64,000 nt of DNA from an uncultured Gammaproteobacteria bacterium (GTDB lineage: Bacteria; Pseudomonadota; Gammaproteobacteria; Steroidobacterales; XN24). Below are positions 9,549 to 17,924 of this stretch, one piece after another. Position 1 is the first letter of the stretch. Every line of letters begins with the position of its first letter. A program made the position numbers and the translations under genes. The notes under the pieces were generated by a model. It saw only the letters and a program-made list of their open reading frames with translations, did not search any database and was not told the DNA's origin. The stretch is from the NCBI GenBank assembly GCA_963809565.1, contig CAWEKE010000001.1, positions 239,452-303,451 on the forward strand, written 5' to 3'.

Positions 9549-11448
9549 GACTACTTGCCTCAGTCATTGCTTCGCTCTGTGCCTGATCAAGAGCGGCGAG
9601 TACCGGAGCCAGCTGTTCGCGATAGGCGTCGCCCCGGCCCAGCTGGTTTGGATCCAGCGGTCCATGCAGCACTGGCGCTACCGACAGCCTGGATCGGGTC
9701 GGATCGCTATAAGCAGCGCAGCGGTCAGACCACTCCAGGCTCAGGAAATCCAGCATCCGCCTCAATTCACCCTCGGGGTCGGCGACCAGTCGCTCGAATT
9801 CGACATCGAGTATCTGGATATCCAGCGATTGCCAGTAGCTCATCAGGCGTTCGACGTTGGCCAGATACGCGCCGATCCAGGCAGGTGATGTGCTGAACGC
9901 CGTGACCTGGTCAGCAAAACCCCGCGCGTAGCAGGCCAGCGCGAGATCGAGCGGGTGGCGGCGGCAATAGATCACCTTCAGCCCCGGACACAGCGAGGCG
10001 GCCAGTCCTACGTGCATGAAATTCGTCGGCTGCGTATCGCTCAGGTGGGACGCAGAGCGGGCGCGCCGGGCCAGCGAGCTTGCATAGCTCTGAGAGGCCG
10101 TCTCCAGCATCTCCGGCTGCACGTCGGCCATGCATGCCGGATAGGGGTGGCGGGATCCGCTAAGTTCGCGCAAGGTTTCGGTCAGGTTGTTGAGCACACG
10201 CAATTCGCCGGCGCCGCGGACATCAGGATGGCAGGCGAGCATCTGCTCGCAGATGCTTTTGCCAGCCCGCGGCAAACCGACCAGCAAGACCGGCTGTGGC
10301 CCGGTCCAGCCGGCTGGCGCTGGGCTGATCTCCGGAAACGCGCTGATCAGCGCGTCGACAACCGCGGCAAACCGGGCCGGATCGAACCGCGCCGGGACCG
10401 CCTGGTTGGCGCTGGTCCACTCCCTCCACGCATCCTGGTGGCGACCCAGCGCATCCAGCGCGTCCCCGCGCAAACGGTGTAAACCCGCTCTGAGCTCCGG
10501 ACCCACGCGCGGATTGGCGATCCAGTCGCCGAGCCTGTCGACCGCCAGTTGATAGGCCCCTGTGTCCAGCCATAATCGGGCGGCGGTGACCATGATCGGC
10601 AATGCCGGCAAATCCAGTTCCAACGCGGGGGCGAGGAGCTCAAGACCCCGCGCTGCATGGCCGAGATGCAGGTCGAGCTCGGCGCTGCCGGCGAGTGCCA
10701 GCGGATCCCGCGGCCGGTTCTTGAGCACTGCGGAAAACGCGTCCCGCGCCTCTTCAAGTCGACCCACCGACTGCAGCAAACGTCCCAGCGCCGCGCGCCC
10801 GGCCACATCCTCCGGTGCCAGCCTGAGCGCCTGTTCGAGGCTCGCTTCGGCGTCGTCGACCTGATCCAGCGCCATCTGTGCCCGGGCCAGCGCGACCCAG
10901 GCCGGGACCCTGCGTTTGTCCTGCGCCAGCACCGCGCGAAAACAGGATACCGCGCGTTCGGGCCGCCCCTGCTCGAGGCAGATAGCGCCGAGGTTGTAAC
11001 GCGCCTGGAGATGACCAGGATGCTGATCCAGCACTTGCTCGAGGACCTCGGCCGCCTCTGCGGAACGTTGCGCGCGATGCAGCGCGACCGCTAACTGATA
11101 ACGGGCATCGGCAAGGTCCGGGTCCAGTTCCAATGCCCGCCGCAACGCATCGACGGCTGCTGTCGGCTGATCGACCATCAACATGCTGGTGCCCAGACCC
11201 GCATGGCCCTGAGCCTGGTCTGGACTGGCGGCAATAGCTTTGCGAAACGCCTGAGCCGCGGCCGCGTGGTCACCACATTGACCCTCCATGCTGGCCAACA
11301 GGCACCAGGCCCCTGCATCTCGCGGAGATTTTTCAAGATAACGCCGGTACATCGATCTGGCCGAGGCCAGATCCCCTGCCCGGTGCCGGGCCATGGCCGC
11401 GGCCAGTTCGGCTGGCGCGGCGTTATCAGGCACCCAGGAACCCGTCAT
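9541..11448 (-). CDS. TPR repeat + sulfotransferase fusion, most divergent paralogue (ST6)
   Basis: 635 aa with TPRs. Motifs: LLVGLPRAGKSICEQMLACHPDVRGAGEL, KVIYCRRHPLDLALACYARGF, SLEWSDRCAAY. The C-terminal QV(R)xPxY..S.GRW motif is not conserved. ATG 11448 has GGAAGG 8 nt upstream and overlaps the ST7 stop by 23 nt; alternative start at 11394. Confidence 0.85.
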   Translation of the reverse strand: MTGSWVPDNAAPAELAAAMARHRAGDLASARSMYRRYLEKSPRDAGAWCLLASMEGQCGDHAAAAQAFRKAIAASPDQAQGHAGLGTSMLMVDQPTAAVDALRRALELDPDLADARYQLAVALHRAQRSAEAAEVLEQVLDQHPGHLQARYNLGAICLEQGRPERAVSCFRAVLAQDKRRVPAWVALARAQMALDQVDDAEASLEQALRLAPEDVAGRAALGRLLQSVGRLEEARDAFSAVLKNRPRDPLALAGSAELDLHLGHAARGLELLAPALELDLPALPIMVTAARLWLDTGAYQLAVDRLGDWIANPRVGPELRAGLHRLRGDALDALGRHQDAWREWTSANQAVPARFDPARFAAVVDALISAFPEISPAPAGWTGPQPVLLVGLPRAGKSICEQMLACHPDVRGAGELRVLNNLTETLRELSGSRHPYPACMADVQPEMLETASQSYASSLARRARSASHLSDTQPTNFMHVGLAASLCPGLKVIYCRRHPLDLALACYARGFADQVTAFSTSPAWIGAYLANVERLMSYWQSLDIQILDVEFERLVADPEGELRRMLDFLSLEWSDRCAAYSDPTRSRLSVAPVLHGPLDPNQLGRGDAYREQLAPVLAALDQAQSEAMTEASSRG

Positions 11449-13297
11449 CTCGCAGACCTTCCAGCAGCGGACCGAGGTGCTGCCGGTAATGATCGGCGCG
11501 GCCGATGGATGTCGTGTAGACAGGGCGCTTTACCTGGGCGTGACTTGCCGTGCGCACCAATCGCGGGTTCTCGTAAAACCGGAGGCAGCCGGGGTCCCAT
11601 TCCAGACCGATGAACTTCAGCATCCGCCGGGTTGTGTCCTCGGTATCGCTGACCAGATCCTCATAGCGCACATCCAGCATCTGCAGCTCAAGGTGGTCTG
11701 CCCAGTGGTCCATCAGCCGCCGGTACTGGCCATAGTAATGGGCGATATCGCCGAGATCGTAACTGAACGGAGGTCCGGCGGTGCCAAAGCTCTGCTGGAA
11801 ACACGACAAGCCCGTGTCCACCGGATCGCGCAGACAGTGGATCACCCGCGCTCTCGGCAACACCAGCTGGATCAGTCCGAGTTGCTCGAAGTTCTGCCAC
11901 ATCTTGTCGGTAATCCGCTCGGCCTTGCCGCGGTTTCGCATCAAACGCTCGATATAGGCGGCTGTCGCTTCGCCAAGGGAACCGGAATCGATCGTCTCCA
12001 CGCATTCCGGATACGGGATACCGTGCTTGTTGCGCCCCAGGCTCATCGCCGCGAGCCCAAGTTCCCGGAGTTCCCCGGCGCCATAGATATCCTGGTGACT
12101 GGCCAGGATCTGCTCGACGAGAGACGTGCCGGAACGAGGCATACCGACGATAAACACCGGGTACTCGTTGTCCCGGTCACAATGCGGGAGCCGGGACATG
12201 TTGTCCCGGTTGAACACATTCATCAACCGCTCGATCTCGCGCTCCCGACCGGCACGAGAATAATTACCGGAGTGAAACTTGTTCGCGCGGCGGTAGTGAG
12301 CGAAAGCACGATCATAGTCCTGCAGATCGTCGAGCAAATCGCCGAGGGTGAAATGGATCGCTGACCGCTCATGATCAGACAGACCCTCGGCCTTGGCCAG
12401 CGGCGCCAGGTGCAACAGCGCTTCCTTGCTGCGCTCCAGCCGACGCAGCAGGCGAGCGTAGGCGACGTGCATGGTCGGGCTGGCGGTGCCCTGCTTCAGG
12501 TACGGCAACAATATGGCGATGCCGCGTTTGAACTCTCCATTGAGTTCCAGCAATCCCGCCAGTGCCGCCAGTGACGGCGCGTGGTCCGGGTCTATTTCCA
12601 GCGCGGTTTCAAATCCTGCCGCGGCGATCTTCAGCTCGCCCATTGCCATCAATACCGAGGACAAATTGCTGAACACATCAGCATCGCGCTCGCCTTCGGC
12701 GATGACCTGCCGGTAATTGTGCACCGCCTCGTCCAGACGACCGACCTGGTGCTGAGCGATGGCCAGGTTGTAGCGGCCGGGTCGGTTGGTCATCTCCTCC
12801 TTCAGCCCACGCTCAAGATGACGGATGGCCAGTTCGATATGCCCCTGCTCATACAGCATCGAACCCAGATTGAGATTGGCGTTGCCATGGTCGGGTTTGT
12901 GCGAGAGCGCGGTACGGAAACACTGTTCCGCTGCCTCCTTATACCCTTTGCGCCGCAGCACGTGGCCCAGATTGCTGTGCGCGTCAGCGAACTGCGGGTC
13001 CAGTTCCAGAGCCTGTCTGAAATCGCTCTCCGCCTGATCCAGTTCATCGCGATTATTGAGGATGCGCCCGCGAATATTGAACAGCAGCGGATCGCTGGTA
13101 TCCAGATCCAGCGCCTGATTGATGAACTCCCAGGCCAGATCCGGCCGGTTTTGCTTCAGGCGCACCTCGGCCATCAGGCGCAGCGCCCACACATGGTCCG
13201 GCCTTTCGGCGAGTACCGACTGGCAGATCGTTTCCGCTTCGCCCACCCTGCGATCCCGCAGACCGCGCTCCGCCCGTTGCAGATCCATCTGGAACAC
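11426..13297 (-). CDS. TPR repeat + TPST-like sulfotransferase fusion (ST7)
   Basis: 623 aa with TPRs. Motifs: FIVGMPRSGTSLVEQILASHQDIYGAGEL, RVIHCLRDPVDTGLSCFQQSF, GLEWDPGCLRFY, SHAQVKRPVYTTSIGRADHY. GTG start at 13297 has GGAGG 6 nt upstream and lies 20 nt downstream of the preceding stop. Confidence 0.9.
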   Translation of the reverse strand: MFQMDLQRAERGLRDRRVGEAETICQSVLAERPDHVWALRLMAEVRLKQNRPDLAWEFINQALDLDTSDPLLFNIRGRILNNRDELDQAESDFRQALELDPQFADAHSNLGHVLRRKGYKEAAEQCFRTALSHKPDHGNANLNLGSMLYEQGHIELAIRHLERGLKEEMTNRPGRYNLAIAQHQVGRLDEAVHNYRQVIAEGERDADVFSNLSSVLMAMGELKIAAAGFETALEIDPDHAPSLAALAGLLELNGEFKRGIAILLPYLKQGTASPTMHVAYARLLRRLERSKEALLHLAPLAKAEGLSDHERSAIHFTLGDLLDDLQDYDRAFAHYRRANKFHSGNYSRAGREREIERLMNVFNRDNMSRLPHCDRDNEYPVFIVGMPRSGTSLVEQILASHQDIYGAGELRELGLAAMSLGRNKHGIPYPECVETIDSGSLGEATAAYIERLMRNRGKAERITDKMWQNFEQLGLIQLVLPRARVIHCLRDPVDTGLSCFQQSFGTAGPPFSYDLGDIAHYYGQYRRLMDHWADHLELQMLDVRYEDLVSDTEDTTRRMLKFIGLEWDPGCLRFYENPRLVRTASHAQVKRPVYTTSIGRADHYRQHLGPLLEGLRDDGFLGA

Positions 13298-13317
13298 TGT
13301 TCACCTCCGCCCGGTGA

Positions 13318-14970
13318 TTATCGTTCCCCGGGGGCGTCGCGGCCAGCGCCGGCCGCCGCGGGACGGAATACCGGGTGATCCTCGGGCCAGGCACGTGACG
13401 CCGGCTGCTGCCGGCGATAGGCCTCGAGCAACCGTTGGGCCTCCCGGGCCTGCTCCTCGCCCTCGGCTGCAGAGGCCTGATACACACGGGTCTGCATTTG
13501 CACCGCTTGCTGCCAGCGGCCGTTGGCCGCCAGAGCCATGGCCAGGGTTTCGGCATGAGCATAATCGGGTCGTGCCCGGAATATCGTGTTAGCGTATTCC
13601 AGGGCCAGGCGCAGGCGCTCCGCCGTGGCACCAGGGCAGCTCGCGTAGCTGCGCGCCAGGGCCTGCATGACTTCCCCGCTGCCAGGCTGAGCCTCCAGCG
13701 CGCTTTCGAACGCATCCAGGGCGCGCGGACAGTTGCCCGAGGCCAGCGCCGCGAGCCCGGCACGATAGGCGAAGATCGCGACCTGCTCCGGAGGCGGCAC
13801 GGCTGCAGCATAGACCGCCAGGGCCTCTTCGTAGCGTTTCATGCGCATCAGCGCATTACCCAGACGCAGACTCGCCAGCGAGTAGCCGGGATCAGCGCTC
13901 AGCGCGGCGCGATAGTCGTCGACGGCGCCCGCCTCATCACCGAGTTCCTCGCGTATCGCGCCCCGCCGGTATCTGGCCGGACCGAAATCCGGATCGATCT
14001 CGAGTGCCCGCTCAAACTCCGCCAGCGCGGCTGCGCTCTGGCCGGTCTGGAGCAGTCCCTGACCGAGACTGACTCGCGCTGCCGCATCGTCGGGGTTGTA
14101 TTCCACGGCGCGCTGGAACTCCATTACCGCTTCGTCCTCGCGGCCGGCACGTGACGCGGCGTAACCGCGCTCCAGATAATATTGGGCGCTGCGTGAACGA
14201 GCGGCCATATCCGCCAGGATGGGATCGGCCACTGCAGGATCGGTGCTGCCCTTGAGCAGCAAATTGCGCTGCGCCTGCTCCACCTGGCCTTGCTGTCGGT
14301 AAGCCATGGCCAGCGGATAACGCAGCCGGTCAGCGCCCGGATCGGCGGTCAGCGCCTGTTCGAAGAAGCTGATCGCCTGCAGGTATTCGCCACGTTCGAG
14401 CGCCACCTGGCCGAGACCCGCCAGCGCCGCCGGCTGGCCCGGTCGGGCCTCCAGCACGGCGGTGAAATCCACTTGCGCGGCATCCAGCTGGCGCCGCTTT
14501 AACTGCACCTGGGCCCGTCGCAGCAAGCCTGGCAGATAAGCCGGATCGAGTCTCAACGCGATTTCGTAGTTCTCCAGCGCCGCGTCAAGCTCGCCGGTCT
14601 CCTGATACAGATAGCCGAGCAGATAGCGCCAGCGGAACTCCTCCGGCTGGTACTTTGCTGCCACGAGATAGCACTGACGGGCCAGCGACTGCAGATGATG
14701 AGCCTGATAAGTCATGCCCAGCTCGCCCCATGCCGCGCCGGTGTTTGCCGGGTCCGCAATGCTGCTGCGGAAGTCCGTGAGCGCCTGAGCCAAAGCCTGC
14801 CGCACACCAGGCTCAAAATCCTCCAGTGCCGGGGCTGGCGGCGCAGCGGGATCAGCCGCGCTCGCCGCGGCGCTCGCTGCGGCACCGGCCGCCAGGCAAA
14901 GCCAGGCGAGGAAAAGCACTGCGCCAGGCTGGCGCAGGCGCCGCGCGGACGGACAGGCCGGCCGGTTCAT
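13318..14970 (-). CDS. secreted TPR-repeat protein with no catalytic domain
   Basis: N-terminal signal peptide (LFLAWLCLAAGAAASAAASA) followed by TPR-like repeats throughout. ATG overlaps the upstream stop (ATGA at 14967-14970). Confidence 0.85.
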   Translation of the reverse strand: MNRPACPSARRLRQPGAVLFLAWLCLAAGAAASAAASAADPAAPPAPALEDFEPGVRQALAQALTDFRSSIADPANTGAAWGELGMTYQAHHLQSLARQCYLVAAKYQPEEFRWRYLLGYLYQETGELDAALENYEIALRLDPAYLPGLLRRAQVQLKRRQLDAAQVDFTAVLEARPGQPAALAGLGQVALERGEYLQAISFFEQALTADPGADRLRYPLAMAYRQQGQVEQAQRNLLLKGSTDPAVADPILADMAARSRSAQYYLERGYAASRAGREDEAVMEFQRAVEYNPDDAAARVSLGQGLLQTGQSAAALAEFERALEIDPDFGPARYRRGAIREELGDEAGAVDDYRAALSADPGYSLASLRLGNALMRMKRYEEALAVYAAAVPPPEQVAIFAYRAGLAALASGNCPRALDAFESALEAQPGSGEVMQALARSYASCPGATAERLRLALEYANTIFRARPDYAHAETLAMALAANGRWQQAVQMQTRVYQASAAEGEEQAREAQRLLEAYRRQQPASRAWPEDHPVFRPAAAGAGRDAPGER

Positions 14971-16757
14971 CGCTGCCCGGCGATGCTCACGCCCTCGCCT
15001 TGGCGCAGCGTGTGATAACGACTTGTCGCCAATTGCGGAAAGCGCTCCTCGGTCCCGTCAGGCCAGACAATATGCACATCGCGCTTACCGCCGGCGGTCC
15101 CCAGGCCAAATAGAACGCGCGGATCGTTGGCCGAGGCATAGCTGCCATCCGCACGCACCCGGCTCCAGCGTCTGGGGTCGGCGATCAATTCAACCCTGGC
15201 GCCGAGCGCATCGCGGCCGCCGCTGGCAGTGATCAGCCTCAGGCCGAGCCACTCATTGCGGTCGCCGACCAGGTTCTGCAGCACACGCGCGGGGCCGGCG
15301 TTGTTGGAGATCAGCACATCCGTATCGCCGTCGTTGTCGAGGTCGCCGAACGCGGCGCCGCGACTTACCCGCAACGCCTGAAATGCCGGCCCGGCGCTGG
15401 CGCTGACGTCCGCGTAACGGCCATCGCCGAGATTGTGAAACAGCTGATTGGCTTGCCGTAATGGCAGCAGTTCATCCGCCAGCATCTGCTCTTCGATCGC
15501 AGTGACGGCGCCATTGACTACCAGTAAATCCAGCCAGCCGTCGTTGTCATAGTCGATCCAGCCGGTACCAAACCCCGTCGAGGCAAAGCTGGGGCCCGCC
15601 AGACCCATGGCTACGGTCCGGTCCTGGAACCAGCCGTTGCCGTCATTCACGTACAGGGTATTGGTCTCGCGCGCCAGATGAGTCATGAACAGATCTTCGT
15701 CACCGTCGCCGTCAAAATCCGCAGCATCGACGCCCATGCTGGCTTCCGGACTGCCATCCATGTTGACGCTGACACCGGCAAGGACCGCATCGTTGATGAA
15801 CCGTCCATGCTGGTCGTTGATCCAGAGCTGGTTGGGTACGCCGTCATTGGCAACATAAATATCCGGCCAGCCGTCACCATTAAAGTCCGCGGCGATGACG
15901 CCGAGCGCGCCGCCGAAATCGCCACGGATGCCGACCTTGAGGCTGACATCTTCGAACGTCCCGTCGCCGCGATTACGAAACAGGCTGTCTGGCAGCGGTT
16001 CATAGACCAGCGGTGAACAGTAGTCCCGGGCGCTGGTGGATGAGCGGCAGGGCTTGGCATTGGCCAGGGAGAAATCCACGTAATTACCGACATAGAGATC
16101 GAGCCAGCCGTCTCGGTCATAGTCCAGCCAGGCCGCGCTGACGCTCCAGCGCGGGTCGTCGACCCCGGCTTTTGCAGTCACGTCAACGAAACGGCCATTG
16201 CCGGCATTGCGCCATAGCTGATTGGAGCCAAAGTTGGTCACATACAGATCGGGGCGACCATCGTTGTCATAGTCAGCCACCGTCACGCCCATGCCGTAAC
16301 CAGTCGCGTTCAGACCGGATTGTGCGGTGACGTCGACAAACTTCAGCTGCCCGTCTGCGCTGTCGTTACGGTACAGCCGGTCGGTCAGCGGCAATGGATG
16401 GCGCGGTTTGAACGTCGCCTCGCTGAGCGGCTTGTCGCCCAGCATGTGACCCTGGACCAGATAGAGATCCAGATCGCCGTCCCCGTCGTAGTCGAGCAAT
16501 CCGGCACCCGAGCCCATCATCTCGGTGAAATAGAGCTCCCCGCTCATGCCATTGAAGTGTTCAAACTCGAGACCGGAGGCCTCGGTGACATCAGCGAAAA
16601 TCGGCTCCGCGCGGACCGCGGCCGATACCAGCAACAGCCCTCCGAAAAGCGCTATCGCGCAGCGGGTGGCGGGCCTGCCTGTGCGCCTGAACGGCTTGTG
16701 AAACAAGGACTTTGACATCGACAATTGCGCTGACTTCGGGGCGCGAAAGCATACCAC
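14967..16757 (-). CDS. CRTAC1-family protein (FG-GAP/VCBS repeats + ASPIC/UnbV domain), secreted
   Basis: Signal-like N-terminus (AIALFGGLLLVSAAVRA). Repeated Ca-binding FG-GAP loops: LDYDGDGDLDLYLV, ADYDNDGRPDLYVT, LDYDRDGWLDLYVG, ADFNGDGWPDIYVA, ADFDGDGDEDLFMT, IDYDNDGWLDLLVV, GDLDNDGDTDVLIS. C-terminal UnbV/ASPIC-like segment (GARVELIAD..YASANDPRVLFGLG..VHIVWPDGTEERF). The maximal ORF starts at GTG 16757; ATG 16718 (MSKSLFHK..) is a plausible alternative. Confidence 0.85.
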   Translation of the reverse strand: MVCFRAPKSAQLSMSKSLFHKPFRRTGRPATRCAIALFGGLLLVSAAVRAEPIFADVTEASGLEFEHFNGMSGELYFTEMMGSGAGLLDYDGDGDLDLYLVQGHMLGDKPLSEATFKPRHPLPLTDRLYRNDSADGQLKFVDVTAQSGLNATGYGMGVTVADYDNDGRPDLYVTNFGSNQLWRNAGNGRFVDVTAKAGVDDPRWSVSAAWLDYDRDGWLDLYVGNYVDFSLANAKPCRSSTSARDYCSPLVYEPLPDSLFRNRGDGTFEDVSLKVGIRGDFGGALGVIAADFNGDGWPDIYVANDGVPNQLWINDQHGRFINDAVLAGVSVNMDGSPEASMGVDAADFDGDGDEDLFMTHLARETNTLYVNDGNGWFQDRTVAMGLAGPSFASTGFGTGWIDYDNDGWLDLLVVNGAVTAIEEQMLADELLPLRQANQLFHNLGDGRYADVSASAGPAFQALRVSRGAAFGDLDNDGDTDVLISNNAGPARVLQNLVGDRNEWLGLRLITASGGRDALGARVELIADPRRWSRVRADGSYASANDPRVLFGLGTAGGKRDVHIVWPDGTEERFPQLATSRYHTLRQGEGVSIAGQR

Positions 16758-16792
16758 GGCAGACGCTGCCGGCTGTGCTAACCTGCCCGCTC

Positions 16793-17887
16793 ATGAACGG
16801 TCCACATCCGGACTCCATGCCGCCTGGTCAGATGCCGGGCGACCTGCTGCGCGATCTCGCCGACGATCCCGCGTGGTTTCTGCGCGACGTCGACCCGATT
16901 CGTGGCCAGGCGATATTTTCGCCGATGGACGAAGCCAGTTATCAGGCCTCGATCTTCCTCGACAACCGCATCCAACGCGCCGGACCGCGCGACCTCGTGG
17001 TGGACCTGGACGGGCTGCTGCGCCTGGCCCACAAGCTGAATCTGCCGCCGCGCCCGATCCACTATATTTTCCACATCGGGCACTGCGGGTCGACCCTGAT
17101 ATCCACCATCCTCGGCGGGCTCGACGGTTTTCTTGCCTTGCGCGAACCACCGATGCTGATGGGGCTCTCTCGCAGCATGCGCCATCTGGATCAAACCGGG
17201 TTCCCGATCTCCCGCGAGCGCTGGGAGCAACTGTCGCAACTGGCGCTGAGGCTGCTGGGCAGGACCTGGCGGCCGACGCAAACCGTGCTGGTCAAGCCCA
17301 CCAGCCACGCCGGAAACCTGATTCCGCTGTTGATGGGTTTCACCGGGCGGGAACGGGCCCTGCTCCTGCACGTTGGCCCGGAGACGTATCTGACGACCAT
17401 GCTGCGCGCGGAAGTGCGGCGGGAGACGATGCTGTTCGCGAGAGACTTCCGGCTACGCGACTTCGTCACCTTGATGCCGGAAATGCCAGACTCGGTCGAG
17501 GCCTATCGGCCCGGGGAGCTGGCCGCGATGAGCTGGCTGTTGCACGCGCGCGAGCTGGCCGCCGTGATGGAGGCCGGCGCCTTGCACGAGCGCACGCTGG
17601 GACTGGACTTCGATCGCTTTCTCGCGGATCCGGAGCCATCGCTGCGACAAGTGTGTGAGTTCTTCTCGCAGCCCGCTGACGACGCAACATTGCAACGACT
17701 CCTCGCGATTCACGGCAGGCGCAGCGCCAAGGACCCCGGACGCAGTTATGACCACGCCCGGCGGCAGGCCGATCTGGGTGCGGCCAGCAAGACGTACGCG
17801 GAGGAAATCAGCGCCGGGCTGCGCTGGGCTGAACGGATCCAGACTCAGGGTGGTCCGTTCAGCAGGCTGCGCGAGCGCCTGGGCTAG
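16793..17887 (+). CDS. hypothetical protein, possibly a divergent sulfotransferase-like / P-loop-like protein
   Basis: The only recognisable element is IHYIFHIGHCGSTLISTILGG..LREPP, which resembles a PAPS 5'-PSB loop (h-h-G-x-x-R/C-S/G-G-S/T-T-L). I see no clear 3'-PB motif. Start chosen at ATG 16793 to avoid overlapping the divergent gene. Confidence 0.4.
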   Translation: MNGPHPDSMPPGQMPGDLLRDLADDPAWFLRDVDPIRGQAIFSPMDEASYQASIFLDNRIQRAGPRDLVVDLDGLLRLAHKLNLPPRPIHYIFHIGHCGSTLISTILGGLDGFLALREPPMLMGLSRSMRHLDQTGFPISRERWEQLSQLALRLLGRTWRPTQTVLVKPTSHAGNLIPLLMGFTGRERALLLHVGPETYLTTMLRAEVRRETMLFARDFRLRDFVTLMPEMPDSVEAYRPGELAAMSWLLHARELAAVMEAGALHERTLGLDFDRFLADPEPSLRQVCEFFSQPADDATLQRLLAIHGRRSAKDPGRSYDHARRQADLGAASKTYAEEISAGLRWAERIQTQGGPFSRLRERLG

Positions 17888-17924
17888 CGCGATGCGCGCG
17901 ACAGGGCTGAAACAGCCTTGACGA

